Positions 1 through 11,019 of a stretch of 64,000 nucleotides of DNA are shown piece by piece. Origin of the DNA: Vulcanimicrobiota bacterium (GTDB taxonomy: Bacteria; Vulcanimicrobiota; Vulcanimicrobiia; Vulcanimicrobiales; Vulcanimicrobiaceae); NCBI GenBank assembly GCA_963733295.1, contig CAVTCS010000003.1:224001-288000 (forward strand), in the 5' to 3' direction. Within the stretch, counting starts at the first letter, position 1; each line of letters begins with the position of its first letter. The notes beneath the pieces were generated by a model, which saw only the letters and a list, made by a program, of their open reading frames with translations, was not told the DNA's origin and ran no database searches. The translations under genes and the position numbers were made by a program.

Positions 1-1452
1 GCCGTCCTTCGGTTGCTCGACATCGACGGCGTCGGCGCCGATGAGGTGCCCATGCCGAACCTATTCCTCGACCGGCTGGGGCCGGAGCGGCGGCGTTCCG
101 GGTCGGCCGCTTGGCTCGGCGCTCTGGTGGCCGAAACCGGCCGCGGCCCCGGTGAGCTCGCTCGCGAGGTCGTCTCGGGCGCGTTGCCGATCGAGAAAGC
201 CGGCGGCGTGCCGGCGGAAGCGGCCCGCGCCGCGCTCGCGCCGCATCTCCGGCGCGGCCTCGAGCGCGTGGCAGCGCGGCGCGACGAGCGCGCGCGCTTC
301 TTAGCGAGGCTGCCGCAAGGACCGGCGCCGCTGCTGTACGTGATCGTGGCGAGCGGAAACATCTACGAGGATCGCACGGCCGCAGTCGCCGCAGCCGAAG
401 CCGGCGCGCAAATCATCGCCGTCATACGCTCGACGGGTCAGTCGTTGCTCGACTACGTCCCTTACGGCGCGACGACCGAGGGTTTCGGCGGGACGTATGC
501 GACCCAAGAGAATTTCCGCATCATGCGCGAGGCGCTCGACGCGGTCTCCGAGCGCTTAGAGCGCTACGTGATGCTGACGAACTACGCCAGCGGGTTGTGC
601 ATGCCGGAGATCGCGGCGATTGCGGCGCTGGAGCGTCTCGACATGCTCCTCAACGACTCGATGTATGGAATTCTCTTCCGCGACATCAACATGAAGCGCA
701 CGTTCGTCGACCAGCATTTCTCGCGCATGCTCAACGGGTACTCCGGCATCGTCATCAATACCGGCGAGGACAACTACCTAACGACCGCCGACGCGGTCGA
801 GCAGGCACCGGCCGTTCTGGCTTCGCAGTTCATCAACGAGGAGTTCGCGCACCGGGCCGGGATGCCGGACGCACAGATCGGCCTAGGCGACGCGTACGAG
901 ATCGATCCGGATCTCGAGGACGGCTTCTTGTTCGCCGTCGCGCAGGCTCAATTGGCGCGTCAGATCTTCCCCGCATCGCCTTTGAAGTACATGCCGCCGA
1001 CCAAACACATGACGGGCGACATCTTCAAGGGACATCTGATCGATGCGCTCTTCAACTTGACCTCGGTCATGACGAAGCAAACGATTCACCTCTGCGGCAT
1101 GCCGACGGAGGCGATCCACACCCCGTTCTTGGGCGACCGGGCCCTGTCGCTCGAGAACGCTCGCTACGTGATGGGAACGGCCCGGCACTTCGGCGACGAG
1201 ATCGAGTTCAAACGGGGCGGAATCGTGGAGCGCCGCGCGCAGACGGTGCTGCGCGAAGCGCACGCGCTCTTGGAACGGATCGCCGGCACTGGACTGATGG
1301 CGGCGATCGAGTCGCGCTATTTTGCGGACGTATCGCGCCCGCCCGACGGAGGTCGCGGGGCCGAGGGCGTCTTCGAACGCGCCCCCGGCTATTGGAATCC
1401 GTTCGAGGAAGCGCTTTCGCCCTTCGGTTCCACCTCCGGCGTGAAGGGTTAG
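1..1452 (+). CDS. kamD: D-lysine/beta-lysine 5,6-aminomutase alpha subunit (5' end probably truncated by window)
   Basis: YVIVASGNIYED, AVIRSTGQSLLDYVPYGATTEGFGGTYATQENF, NYASGLCMPEIA and KYMPPTK motifs; followed by the beta subunit. Confidence 0.93.
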   Translation, partial: AVLRLLDIDGVGADEVPMPNLFLDRLGPERRRSGSAAWLGALVAETGRGPGELAREVVSGALPIEKAGGVPAEAARAALAPHLRRGLERVAARRDERARFLARLPQGPAPLLYVIVASGNIYEDRTAAVAAAEAGAQIIAVIRSTGQSLLDYVPYGATTEGFGGTYATQENFRIMREALDAVSERLERYVMLTNYASGLCMPEIAAIAALERLDMLLNDSMYGILFRDINMKRTFVDQHFSRMLNGYSGIVINTGEDNYLTTADAVEQAPAVLASQFINEEFAHRAGMPDAQIGLGDAYEIDPDLEDGFLFAVAQAQLARQIFPASPLKYMPPTKHMTGDIFKGHLIDALFNLTSVMTKQTIHLCGMPTEAIHTPFLGDRALSLENARYVMGTARHFGDEIEFKRGGIVERRAQTVLREAHALLERIAGTGLMAAIESRYFADVSRPPDGGRGAEGVFERAPGYWNPFEEALSPFGSTSGVKG

Positions 1453-1463
1453 GATCGTACGCG

Positions 1464-2201
1464 ATGAGCGAGGCGGTCAGGCCCTACGGCGACACGGTTG
1501 GCGACGGAAAGGTCCAGCTCTCGTTTACGCTGCCCATCGAGTGGAGCGAGGCGGCCGACGAAGCCGCGCGGCAGCTGGTCGTCAAGATGGGTTTCTCGGA
1601 TGTGGCGGTCGCGGAAGGCCGGCGCATCGCAAGCGGCTTTTCGTTTTTCGTGGTATACGCCAGCACGCCGGCGGAGGTCGACCTCTCGCTGGTCGGCGCG
1701 CCGTCGGCCTCGGCGCACGCGCTCTCGATGAACGAGATCGACGCGCTGATACGCGAGCGAATCGGCCGCAAGGTGCGCGTCGCCGGCGCCTGCATCGGCA
1801 CCGACGCGCACACGGTCGGCATCGACGCGATCCTCAATATGAAGGGCTACAAAGGCGACTACGGACTCGAGCGCTACAAGGAGTTCGTCACCTTCAACTT
1901 GGGTAGCCAGATTTCGGTCGAGGAACTCGTGCGTTTCGTGAAAGCGAACGCGATCGACGCAGTGCTCGTCTCGCAAGTCGTCACCCAAAAGGGAAGCGAC
2001 ATCGCGAACTTTACGGCATTGGCCGAACTGCTCGAAGCGGAGGGTTTGCGCGACGACGTGCTGCTGATCGCGGGAGGTCCGCGGGTGACGAATCTCCTCG
2101 CTGCCGAGCTCGGCTACGACGCCGGTTTCGGGCGCAACACTTTGCCGAGCGACGTCGCCACGTTCATCGCGCAACGGCTCGTCGAAAGAGTCCCCGCCTG
2201 A
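1464..2201 (+). CDS. kamE: Lysine 5,6-aminomutase beta subunit (cobalamin-binding)
   Basis: ATG 1464; RPYGDT..DGKVQLSFTLP N-terminus; B12 motif DAHTVG followed by NMKG. Confidence 0.93.
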   Translation: MSEAVRPYGDTVGDGKVQLSFTLPIEWSEAADEAARQLVVKMGFSDVAVAEGRRIASGFSFFVVYASTPAEVDLSLVGAPSASAHALSMNEIDALIRERIGRKVRVAGACIGTDAHTVGIDAILNMKGYKGDYGLERYKEFVTFNLGSQISVEELVRFVKANAIDAVLVSQVVTQKGSDIANFTALAELLEAEGLRDDVLLIAGGPRVTNLLAAELGYDAGFGRNTLPSDVATFIAQRLVERVPA

Positions 2202-3712
2202 GCTTCGCGCTGCGCTCGCTCCGCAGCTTGGTTGCGGCGTCGTTCGTCGCGCTTGCCGTCCTCGACGGAGCGCTGCGCAGCACCGCTGCGACCCCTCCTC
2301 CCGCGTTCGTGACGACGCCGCCCAGCGCGGAGCCTAGTCCGGCGGTTCCAATCGTCGTTCCCGCGCTCGGCGGCGATGCCTGGACGCCCGAGCGAATAGT
2401 GGCGCTGCAACGCGACCTGGATGCGATGCTCGATAGCGCGGCAACGATTCGCGGAGCGCACGTCGGCGTGCTCGCAATCGACACGAAAAGCGGCGTCCCG
2501 ATCTATCAGCGCAATGCCGAGGATGCGTTTCAGCCGGCCTCCACGCTGAAGCTCGTTGTCGGCAGTGCCGCTCTCGATCGACTCGGCACCGCGTTTCATT
2601 TTACGACGCAGGGTTATGCGAGCGCGGCATCTCGGGCGATCCTCCTGCTTGCCGGAGGCGATCCGTTCTTGACGACCGCCGATCTGGGCGGCTTTGCGGA
2701 AGCGGTCGCGAAGCAAGGCGTTCCCCGGCTCGTTTTCGCGCTCGACGCCTCGCGCTACGATTCGCAAGCGCACGCCATGGGGTGGACTTGGGACGATTTC
2801 GCGTATGGCTACGCGGCGCCGATCTCGGCGATTGCGCTGAACGAAAACGTCGTTCGCATCGAGGTCCGGCCCGGTGCTCGACCCGGTGAGAAAGCGCGCG
2901 TGTCGTTCGCGTCGACCGAGCCGCCCGTTCTTGGCGGGGCGGTCACTTTGAAAGCGGGGAGCGAGAGCACGCTCGACGTTTCTGTGGCAGGCCACTCCAT
3001 CGTGCTCGGCGGAGGGATCGCTGCAGGCTCCGCGCCGGAGAGCATCGACGCGGCGGTCCCCGATGCAAGCAGGTACGCGTTCGAAGTCGCCGCGCAACTC
3101 TTGCAAGAGCGTCACGTCCTCGTTTCGCAGGCGGCTGCCGCCGACGCCCCCTTTTCCGGCGCTCGTTTGGTGTGGTCGCACGACTCGCCACCGCTCGCGC
3201 AGTTTCTCGGACCGCGCTTCTGGATCCCGAGCGATAATTTGGTGGCCGAGCTGCTGCTCAAGGAACTCGGCTACGAGACCGGCGGCGCACCCGGAACGAC
3301 CGAAAAGGGCGTCGCCTTCGAAAATAAGTGGCTGCAATCGATCGGCGTGGATCCGGCGACGACGACGCTCGCCGACGGAAGCGGGATGTCGCAGTACGAC
3401 CGCATCACGCCGCGCGATCTCGTCGCGATCTTGCAGCACGATTGGAACGGGCCGTATCGCGATCTCGTGCTGAACTCATTGCCGGTCGGCGCCGCCCGCG
3501 GCACGATCGAGGGCATCGCCGGAACTCCGGCCGCGGGCCGCGTGTTTGCCAAGACGGGAAGCATGATGCACATTCGCGGCCTGGCGGGTTATCTTGCGAC
3601 CGAGCACCACGGCGCGGTCACGTTCGTTTTCACCGTCGACGATTGGCTTGGCGACTATCCCGCTTTGGCGGCCTTGCGGGCGAGCGTGCTCTCGCGCATC
3701 GTGCAAGACTGA
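2198..3712 (+). CDS. dacB: D-Ala-D-Ala carboxypeptidase/endopeptidase (PBP4, peptidase S13)
   Basis: PASTLK (SxxK), SDN, DGSGMS and AKTGS motifs; signal-like N-terminus; start is either CTG 2198 (overlapping the kamE stop) or TTG 2228. Confidence 0.88.
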   Translation: MSFALRSLRSLVAASFVALAVLDGALRSTAATPPPAFVTTPPSAEPSPAVPIVVPALGGDAWTPERIVALQRDLDAMLDSAATIRGAHVGVLAIDTKSGVPIYQRNAEDAFQPASTLKLVVGSAALDRLGTAFHFTTQGYASAASRAILLLAGGDPFLTTADLGGFAEAVAKQGVPRLVFALDASRYDSQAHAMGWTWDDFAYGYAAPISAIALNENVVRIEVRPGARPGEKARVSFASTEPPVLGGAVTLKAGSESTLDVSVAGHSIVLGGGIAAGSAPESIDAAVPDASRYAFEVAAQLLQERHVLVSQAAAADAPFSGARLVWSHDSPPLAQFLGPRFWIPSDNLVAELLLKELGYETGGAPGTTEKGVAFENKWLQSIGVDPATTTLADGSGMSQYDRITPRDLVAILQHDWNGPYRDLVLNSLPVGAARGTIEGIAGTPAAGRVFAKTGSMMHIRGLAGYLATEHHGAVTFVFTVDDWLGDYPALAALRASVLSRIVQD

Positions 3713-4707
3713 TGCTGGGCGAAAACCTGGAACGCGAGATCCGCGAACAACCCAACGTCTGGCGCCGGCTGGCGCGCGAGAACTACGCGCAACAGCTCGC
3801 ACGTGCGTTGCTCGGACAGACCGTGTTGCTGTTGGGTAGCGGCAGTTCGCTTTTCATGGCCCGTCTCGGCGCGCTCGCGCTGCGCCGGCGGGGCGTACAC
3901 GCGGCGGCACTTGCTGCGACCGAAGCAATCTTCGACGGAACGCTCTACCGGCGCGGTACGATCGTCGCCCTTTCGCAGAGCGGTCGTTCCGCCGACGTGT
4001 TGAACGCGCTCGACCTCCTCGAACCGTCGGTGCTCGTCGCCTTGACCAACGACGTGAGTTCGCCGCTCGCGGGCCGCGCCGATTTGCTGATCGGGCTCGA
4101 CGCCGGGCGCGAACTCGCGGTACCCGCTACGAAAAGCGTCACCGCGATGGCTGCGATCTTGCTCTGGGCGGCCGGGCTCACGACGGGCGCGACCGAGCGC
4201 AACGAACGCACGTTGAACGAGACGGCCGATACGGTCGAAGCGTGGCTGCAAAGTTCAGCTCTCGAAGCCCTGGTCGAGTTCGCCGCGCTCCTTGCACGGC
4301 GGCGCAGCGTCGCGGTCGTCGGAGCCGGGTACGGAGTACCAATTGCGTCGGAGATCGCGCTCAAGATCAAGGAGTCGAGCTACTTGCACGCTGAGGGGTT
4401 CGCCGCAGGCGAGTTCCGCCACGGAAGCGCCGCGATCTTGGACGCGGAAACGGCGCTCCTCGGGATCGTCGACGAAGCGTCGCGCGCCATCGTCGGGCGT
4501 CCTCTCGCGGAAGCGGAGCGCACCCGCACCGTGCGCGCGACGATCGGCGGCAAGGTCGAAGGCATCACGCTCTTAGGTCCGCTCGCCGGGGAAGCGTTCA
4601 ACACGTTGGCATGGCTCGTGACCGGTCAGTGCCTCGCGCTCGCACTGGGCCGCGTGCGCGGCGTCGACAGCGACGCTCCTCGCGGCCTCAGCAAATTCGT
4701 CGTCTGA
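3712..4707 (+). CDS. SIS-domain sugar-phosphate isomerase/deaminase (GlmS C-terminal-like)
   Basis: EIREQP, LSQSGRS, ATKS, ALKIKESSY, EFRHG and PRGLSKFV match the GlmS isomerase module; no glutaminase domain. Confidence 0.85.
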   Translation: MLGENLEREIREQPNVWRRLARENYAQQLARALLGQTVLLLGSGSSLFMARLGALALRRRGVHAAALAATEAIFDGTLYRRGTIVALSQSGRSADVLNALDLLEPSVLVALTNDVSSPLAGRADLLIGLDAGRELAVPATKSVTAMAAILLWAAGLTTGATERNERTLNETADTVEAWLQSSALEALVEFAALLARRRSVAVVGAGYGVPIASEIALKIKESSYLHAEGFAAGEFRHGSAAILDAETALLGIVDEASRAIVGRPLAEAERTRTVRATIGGKVEGITLLGPLAGEAFNTLAWLVTGQCLALALGRVRGVDSDAPRGLSKFVV

Positions 4708-4765
4708 AGGATGCGCCGGGTAGCTTGGGAACGGGGCCGAAAGCGAGTCCGAGGGGTTGAAGTGA

Positions 4766-6444
<1,679 letters not shown>

Positions 6445-6456
6445 GAACGGGAACGC

Positions 6457-7401
6457 GTGCGCGCACTGATCACCGGCGGGAATGGTTTTGTGGGAAAACA
6501 TCTCGCCGCGGCCTTGCGCGCACAAGGAGCCGGCGTCGTAACTGCCGGTCGCGCCGGCGACGGCGACGTCGGCGCGGTCGACCTCGCGCTCGAATTGAAC
6601 GACGCCGAAAGCGTGCGCGCGGCACTCGAAGCGGCCCAGCCCGACGTCGTGTTTCATCTCGCAGCGCAGACCTTCGTGCCCGAAGCGACGCGCGATCCGC
6701 TGACGACCTATGAGATCAACGCTCTCGGAACGGCGCGCCTGTACGACGCGCTGCGCCGGCAGAAGGGCCGGCCGATGCCGCGCGTGCTCGTGGCGAGCTC
6801 GGGAGAGGTGTACGGCGCGCGCGACGCCGCCGAACAGCCGCTGCGCGAAAGCCTCGCGCCGAGTCCGATGACCACCTATGCCGCTTCGAAGGTCGCGAGC
6901 GAAGCGATCGCGCTGGCTTCCTTTCGGACGTATGGGATCCCGACGATCGTGACGCGCGCCTTCAACCACATCGGTCCCGGACAAAGCGAGCGCTTCGCGG
7001 TCGCATCCTTCGCGCGCGGCCTCGCTGCGATAGCCGCCGGGGGCAAGCCGGTGCTCGAAGTGGGGAACCTTACGACGCGGCGCGATTTCCTCGACGTGCG
7101 CGACGTCGTCGAAGCCTACATCGCGCTCGCCGCTCGCGGAGCGGACGGCGAAACCTACAACGTGTGCAGCGGCACGGCGGTCGCGCTGCAAGAAGTGCTC
7201 CGTCAGCTGATCATGACCGCACGCGTGGCGGTGGAAGTGCGCGAAGATCCGGACAAGCTGCGCCCGAGCGACGTGCCGCTGGCCTACGGCGACAACGCGA
7301 AGCTCCGCGCCGCGACGGGCTGGCGGCCGCGCTACACGCTCGCGCAATCGCTGCGCGACGTCTATCAGGACGCGTGCGAGCGTCCGGCGCCGGCGCCATG
7401 A
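6457..7401 (+). CDS. rmd: GDP-4-dehydro-6-deoxy-D-mannose reductase-like extended SDR (GDP-D-rhamnose synthesis)
   Basis: ITGGNGFVG, YAASK, RAFNHIGPGQ, RDFLDVRDVV; directly after gmd. Confidence 0.75.
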   Translation: MRALITGGNGFVGKHLAAALRAQGAGVVTAGRAGDGDVGAVDLALELNDAESVRAALEAAQPDVVFHLAAQTFVPEATRDPLTTYEINALGTARLYDALRRQKGRPMPRVLVASSGEVYGARDAAEQPLRESLAPSPMTTYAASKVASEAIALASFRTYGIPTIVTRAFNHIGPGQSERFAVASFARGLAAIAAGGKPVLEVGNLTTRRDFLDVRDVVEAYIALAARGADGETYNVCSGTAVALQEVLRQLIMTARVAVEVREDPDKLRPSDVPLAYGDNAKLRAATGWRPRYTLAQSLRDVYQDACERPAPAP

Positions 7402-8606
7402 ACGTCGCGTACGTCGAAATGATCGGTGGCGCCAGCGGAAACATGCTGATCGGCGCGCTGCTGGACGCGGGCGGCGAACGTGGCGCACTCGAGAGCGCGC
7501 TGCGCACGATCCCCGTGGAGGGCTGGAGCATCGAACAGCGTCGCGTCGACAAGCGCGGTATCGCGGCGACGTTCTTCGATTTCAAGATCCCGGGCGAAGA
7601 CCACGACCACGGCGCTCACGATCACGCGCACGCGCACGAGCCGCGCGCGCAGCGTAAACTCTCCGGCGTGCTCGAGACGATCCAGCGCAGCGGCCTCACG
7701 CAGAAACAGAAGTCGCGCGCCGCGGCGATCTACACGCGCTTGGGTGAAGCGGAGGCGCGCGTGCACGGAATCTCGCTCGCCGAGATTCATTTTCACGAGG
7801 TCGGCCAGGTCGACGCCATTCTCGACGTCGCGGGCGTCTGTATCTTGCTCGATCAGCTCGAGGTCGAGGAGGTCGCCTGTTCGGCCTTTCCGATCGGCAG
7901 CGGAACGATCTTGATGCAGCACGGACTCTACCCGAATCCGCCACCCGCGACCGCCGAGCTGCTGCGCGGCGCGCCGACGTTCGCGGCGCCGGTCGAAGGC
8001 GAGATGGTCACGACGACCGGCGCGGCGATCCTCACGGCGCTCGTCGCTTCGCCCGGAGAACGTCCGCCGATGCGCGCGACGCGGATCGGCTACGGTGCGG
8101 GGCGCTCGGACTTTCCGCTTCCGAACGTGCTGCGCGTCTCGATCGGAACGAAGCTCGAGGCACCCGGCGCGAGCGACGAAGTCGTGGTCCTCGAAGCCAA
8201 CATCGACGACATGTCGCCGCAGCACTTCGAGCTTGCGATCGAGCGCGTTTTGGCGGCCGGCGCCTACGACGTGTGGTTGGCCCCGGTGACGATGAAAAAG
8301 TCGCGCCCGGCGATCCTGTTCGGAGCGATCGCGCCCTCCGAGCTCGAGGCCGCCGTCGCCCGCGCGATGCTGCTCGAAACGAGCACGCTCGGCGTGCGGG
8401 CCCGGCGCGAGCGGCGCCACGTGCTGGAACGGCGGATCGAGTCGCTTGCAACCGAATTCGGTCCGGTACGGGTAAAGATAGCCGACGCCGCCGGGTCGGT
8501 CCGCCGTACGCTCGAATACGACGACGTCGTGCGAATCGCGCGCGAACGGCAGCTGCCGATCGCGGAAGTCGCGGCTCGCCTCGAGGAGCTCCTCCCCCCG
8601 CCATGA
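7398..8606 (+). CDS. larC: Nickel-pincer cofactor nickel insertase LarC
   Basis: GASGNMLIGALLD, His-rich DHDHGAHDHAHAH, IHFHEVGQVDAILD, EANIDDMSP, MKKSRP, ETSTLGVR. Confidence 0.92.
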   Translation: MNVAYVEMIGGASGNMLIGALLDAGGERGALESALRTIPVEGWSIEQRRVDKRGIAATFFDFKIPGEDHDHGAHDHAHAHEPRAQRKLSGVLETIQRSGLTQKQKSRAAAIYTRLGEAEARVHGISLAEIHFHEVGQVDAILDVAGVCILLDQLEVEEVACSAFPIGSGTILMQHGLYPNPPPATAELLRGAPTFAAPVEGEMVTTTGAAILTALVASPGERPPMRATRIGYGAGRSDFPLPNVLRVSIGTKLEAPGASDEVVVLEANIDDMSPQHFELAIERVLAAGAYDVWLAPVTMKKSRPAILFGAIAPSELEAAVARAMLLETSTLGVRARRERRHVLERRIESLATEFGPVRVKIADAAGSVRRTLEYDDVVRIARERQLPIAEVAARLEELLPPP

Positions 8607-9427
8607 TCGTCCTGGAAGATCTCGACCGCAAGGAGCGCCGGCTCCGCGATCTCGTCCGTTCGCTGGACAGCGTCGTCGTGGCGTTTTCGGGCGGGGTCGA
8701 TTCGGCGCTCGTTCTGAAAATCGCCGGCGACGAACTCGGGGAGCGGGCGCTCGGCGTCACCGGCCGTTCGGAGAGCCTGGCCGAGAGCGAACTCGAGGAA
8801 GCGCTGGGCTTTGCCGCCGCGGTCGGGGCGCGCCACGAAGTGCTCGAGACGCGCGAACTCGACGATCCGAACTATCGGGCAAATCCCGAAAACCGATGTT
8901 ACTTCTGTAAGAAAGAACTCTACGGCCGCTTGAGCGAGATCGCGCGCGAGCGCGGCGCGAAGTGGATCGTGGACGGCTTCAATCTCGACGACGCGGGCGA
9001 TTGGCGCCCCGGCCGCAAGGCAGCCGGCGAATACGCCGTGCGCAGTCCCTTGGCCGAAGCCGGCTTCGGGAAGAGCGAGGTGCGCGCGTTGGCGAAGAAG
9101 CTCGGGCTCGAGGTGTGGGACAAACCCGCTCTGGCTTGCTTGTCATCGCGCTTTCCGTACGGAACGCCGATTACGCTGGAACTCTTGCAGCAAGTCGATC
9201 GCGCCGAACAAGCCGTTCGCTCGGCCGGCATCCGAGTGTGCCGGGTGCGCCATCACGGCGAGGTCGCGCGCATCGAAGTTCCCGAATCGGAGATCGAACG
9301 GCTCGCCGAGCGCGAGGTGCGCGAGCGCGTCGTGGCCGGCGTCAAGGCGGCGGGCTACCGCTACGTCTCGCTCGATTTGGGCGGCTACGTCTCGGGAAAT
9401 CTCAACCTGCGGACTCCGAGTGGCTGA
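8603..9427 (+). CDS. larE: ATP-dependent sulfur transferase LarE
   Basis: PP-loop AFSGGVDS, NRCYFCKKEL, RPGRKA, ACLSSRFPYG, CRVRHHG. Confidence 0.92.
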   Translation: MIVLEDLDRKERRLRDLVRSLDSVVVAFSGGVDSALVLKIAGDELGERALGVTGRSESLAESELEEALGFAAAVGARHEVLETRELDDPNYRANPENRCYFCKKELYGRLSEIARERGAKWIVDGFNLDDAGDWRPGRKAAGEYAVRSPLAEAGFGKSEVRALAKKLGLEVWDKPALACLSSRFPYGTPITLELLQQVDRAEQAVRSAGIRVCRVRHHGEVARIEVPESEIERLAEREVRERVVAGVKAAGYRYVSLDLGGYVSGNLNLRTPSG

Positions 9428-9487
9428 GGCGCCGGATGACGCGGCGTCGCGGATTGGCGCAACACCGTCTTTGCCAATCGCGGAGCG

Positions 9488-10027
9488 TTGCTCGCGCTGT
9501 CGGCGGCGACGCTGGTCGTGTTCGGGCGTCCCAGCCGCAAATCGGCGCTGGCCGGCGTTCCGCTCGCGCTCGCGGGCGAGGCGGTTCGCTGCTGGGCCGT
9601 CGGTTACTCGGGCGTCACGACGCGCTCGGACCGCGTGACCGCTCCCGCGCTCGTCACCGCGGGGCCGTATGCGTACGTGCGCAACCCGTTGTACGTCGGC
9701 AACTTCATCACGGCGCTGGGCTTTACGATCGCGTTCACCGGCGCTCTTCCGGCGCCGGGCCGCTTGCTGTTGGGCGCTCTCGGACTCGGTTCGATGCTCG
9801 CCGTCTATGCGGCGATCGTCCCGCTCGAAGAGTCGTACTTGCGTAAAACCTTCGGGGCGAGTTTCGACGACTACGCCGCGCGAGTGCCGCGCTTGTTTCC
9901 GCGGGCGACTCCCTCCGAGCCGCAAACCGGTAGCTATGACGCGAACGTCATCGGCCGCGCCGAAACGCGCACGTTCTTGACCTTCGGCGCGATGCTGCTC
10001 GCGCTGGCGCTCAAGAAACCACGCTGA
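9488..10027 (+). CDS. Isoprenylcysteine carboxyl methyltransferase (ICMT/PEMT) family membrane protein
   Basis: LVTAGPYAYVRNPLYVGN and EESYLRKTFG..DYAARVPR; true start unclear because the frame is open back to 9440 without a canonical start codon. Confidence 0.8.
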   Translation: MLALSAATLVVFGRPSRKSALAGVPLALAGEAVRCWAVGYSGVTTRSDRVTAPALVTAGPYAYVRNPLYVGNFITALGFTIAFTGALPAPGRLLLGALGLGSMLAVYAAIVPLEESYLRKTFGASFDDYAARVPRLFPRATPSEPQTGSYDANVIGRAETRTFLTFGAMLLALALKKPR

Positions 10028-10953
10028 TGGCGGCCAAGCGCTCCCACGGCGAACGGGCTCCGCTGCGCACCGCGCTCGTCTTCACTGCGGCGCTTGCGGT
10101 TCTCGAACTCGCGGGTGGGCTGTACGCTCACAGTCTCGCGCTCATAGCTGATTCGGCGCACGTCTTCATGGACGCATTTGCGCTCGGCGTCGCGACCTAC
10201 GCCGCCGCTCAGGCGTTGCGCCCCGCCAATGCGCGGCAGACTTTCGGATTCGCGCGCATGGAGATTCTCGCCGCGCTGGTCAACGGCGGCTTGCTCTTCG
10301 CGGTCACGATTCTCATCGTCGTCGAAGCCGCCCGGCGCTTCGGCTCCCCGGAGTTACCGCAGGGCGGCATCATGCTCGCCGTCGCGCTCGTCGGCATCGC
10401 CATCAACCTCGCGCTGGGCTTCGCTTTGGCGCGCACCGCGGGGGACAACTTGAACGTGCGCGCCGCGTTGCTGCACGTCGCGAGCGATGCGCTCGGCGCG
10501 ATTGCGGTTGCCGCTGCCGCCGTCCTCGTGCTGACCACCCGCAACGCGTGGGTCGACCCCCTGGCTTCGTTATTCGTGGCGGCGATAATCCTGTTCGGCG
10601 TCGCGCGGGTCGTGCGCGCCGCGACCGACGTTTTGCTCGAAAGCGCGCCGGAGCACGCGGCTATCCCGAAGGTGCGCGAAAGGCTCCGCACGCTCGACGG
10701 CGTTGCGGGAGTTCACGACCTCCACGTCTGGACGATCGGCGCCGGCGCTCACGTCCTCTCGGCACACATCCTGTTGCCGGACAAAAAGATCAGCGAGGCT
10801 TCCGCAATCCTGCGCACGATCGAAACCTCGCTGCGCGACGACTTTGGTATCACGCACGTGACCATTCAGTTCGAGTGCGAGTCCTGCGGCGACGACGACC
10901 GGATCGTCTGCACGCAAGTTGCCGGGCCGGCCGGCGGGAGTCAGAGCCACTAA
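10027..10953 (+). CDS. Cation diffusion facilitator (CzcD/ZitB-like) metal exporter
   Basis: SLALIADSAHVFMD, TFGFARMEILAAL, NLNVRAALLHVASDALG, VHDLHVWTI. Confidence 0.92.
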   Translation: MAAKRSHGERAPLRTALVFTAALAVLELAGGLYAHSLALIADSAHVFMDAFALGVATYAAAQALRPANARQTFGFARMEILAALVNGGLLFAVTILIVVEAARRFGSPELPQGGIMLAVALVGIAINLALGFALARTAGDNLNVRAALLHVASDALGAIAVAAAAVLVLTTRNAWVDPLASLFVAAIILFGVARVVRAATDVLLESAPEHAAIPKVRERLRTLDGVAGVHDLHVWTIGAGAHVLSAHILLPDKKISEASAILRTIETSLRDDFGITHVTIQFECESCGDDDRIVCTQVAGPAGGSQSH

Positions 10954-11019
10954 ACCGAGGGGCGCCGTCGCACGATCCGGAAGCAAACCAGTCCGTCATA
11001 TCGAGAGGGATAGCACCGC

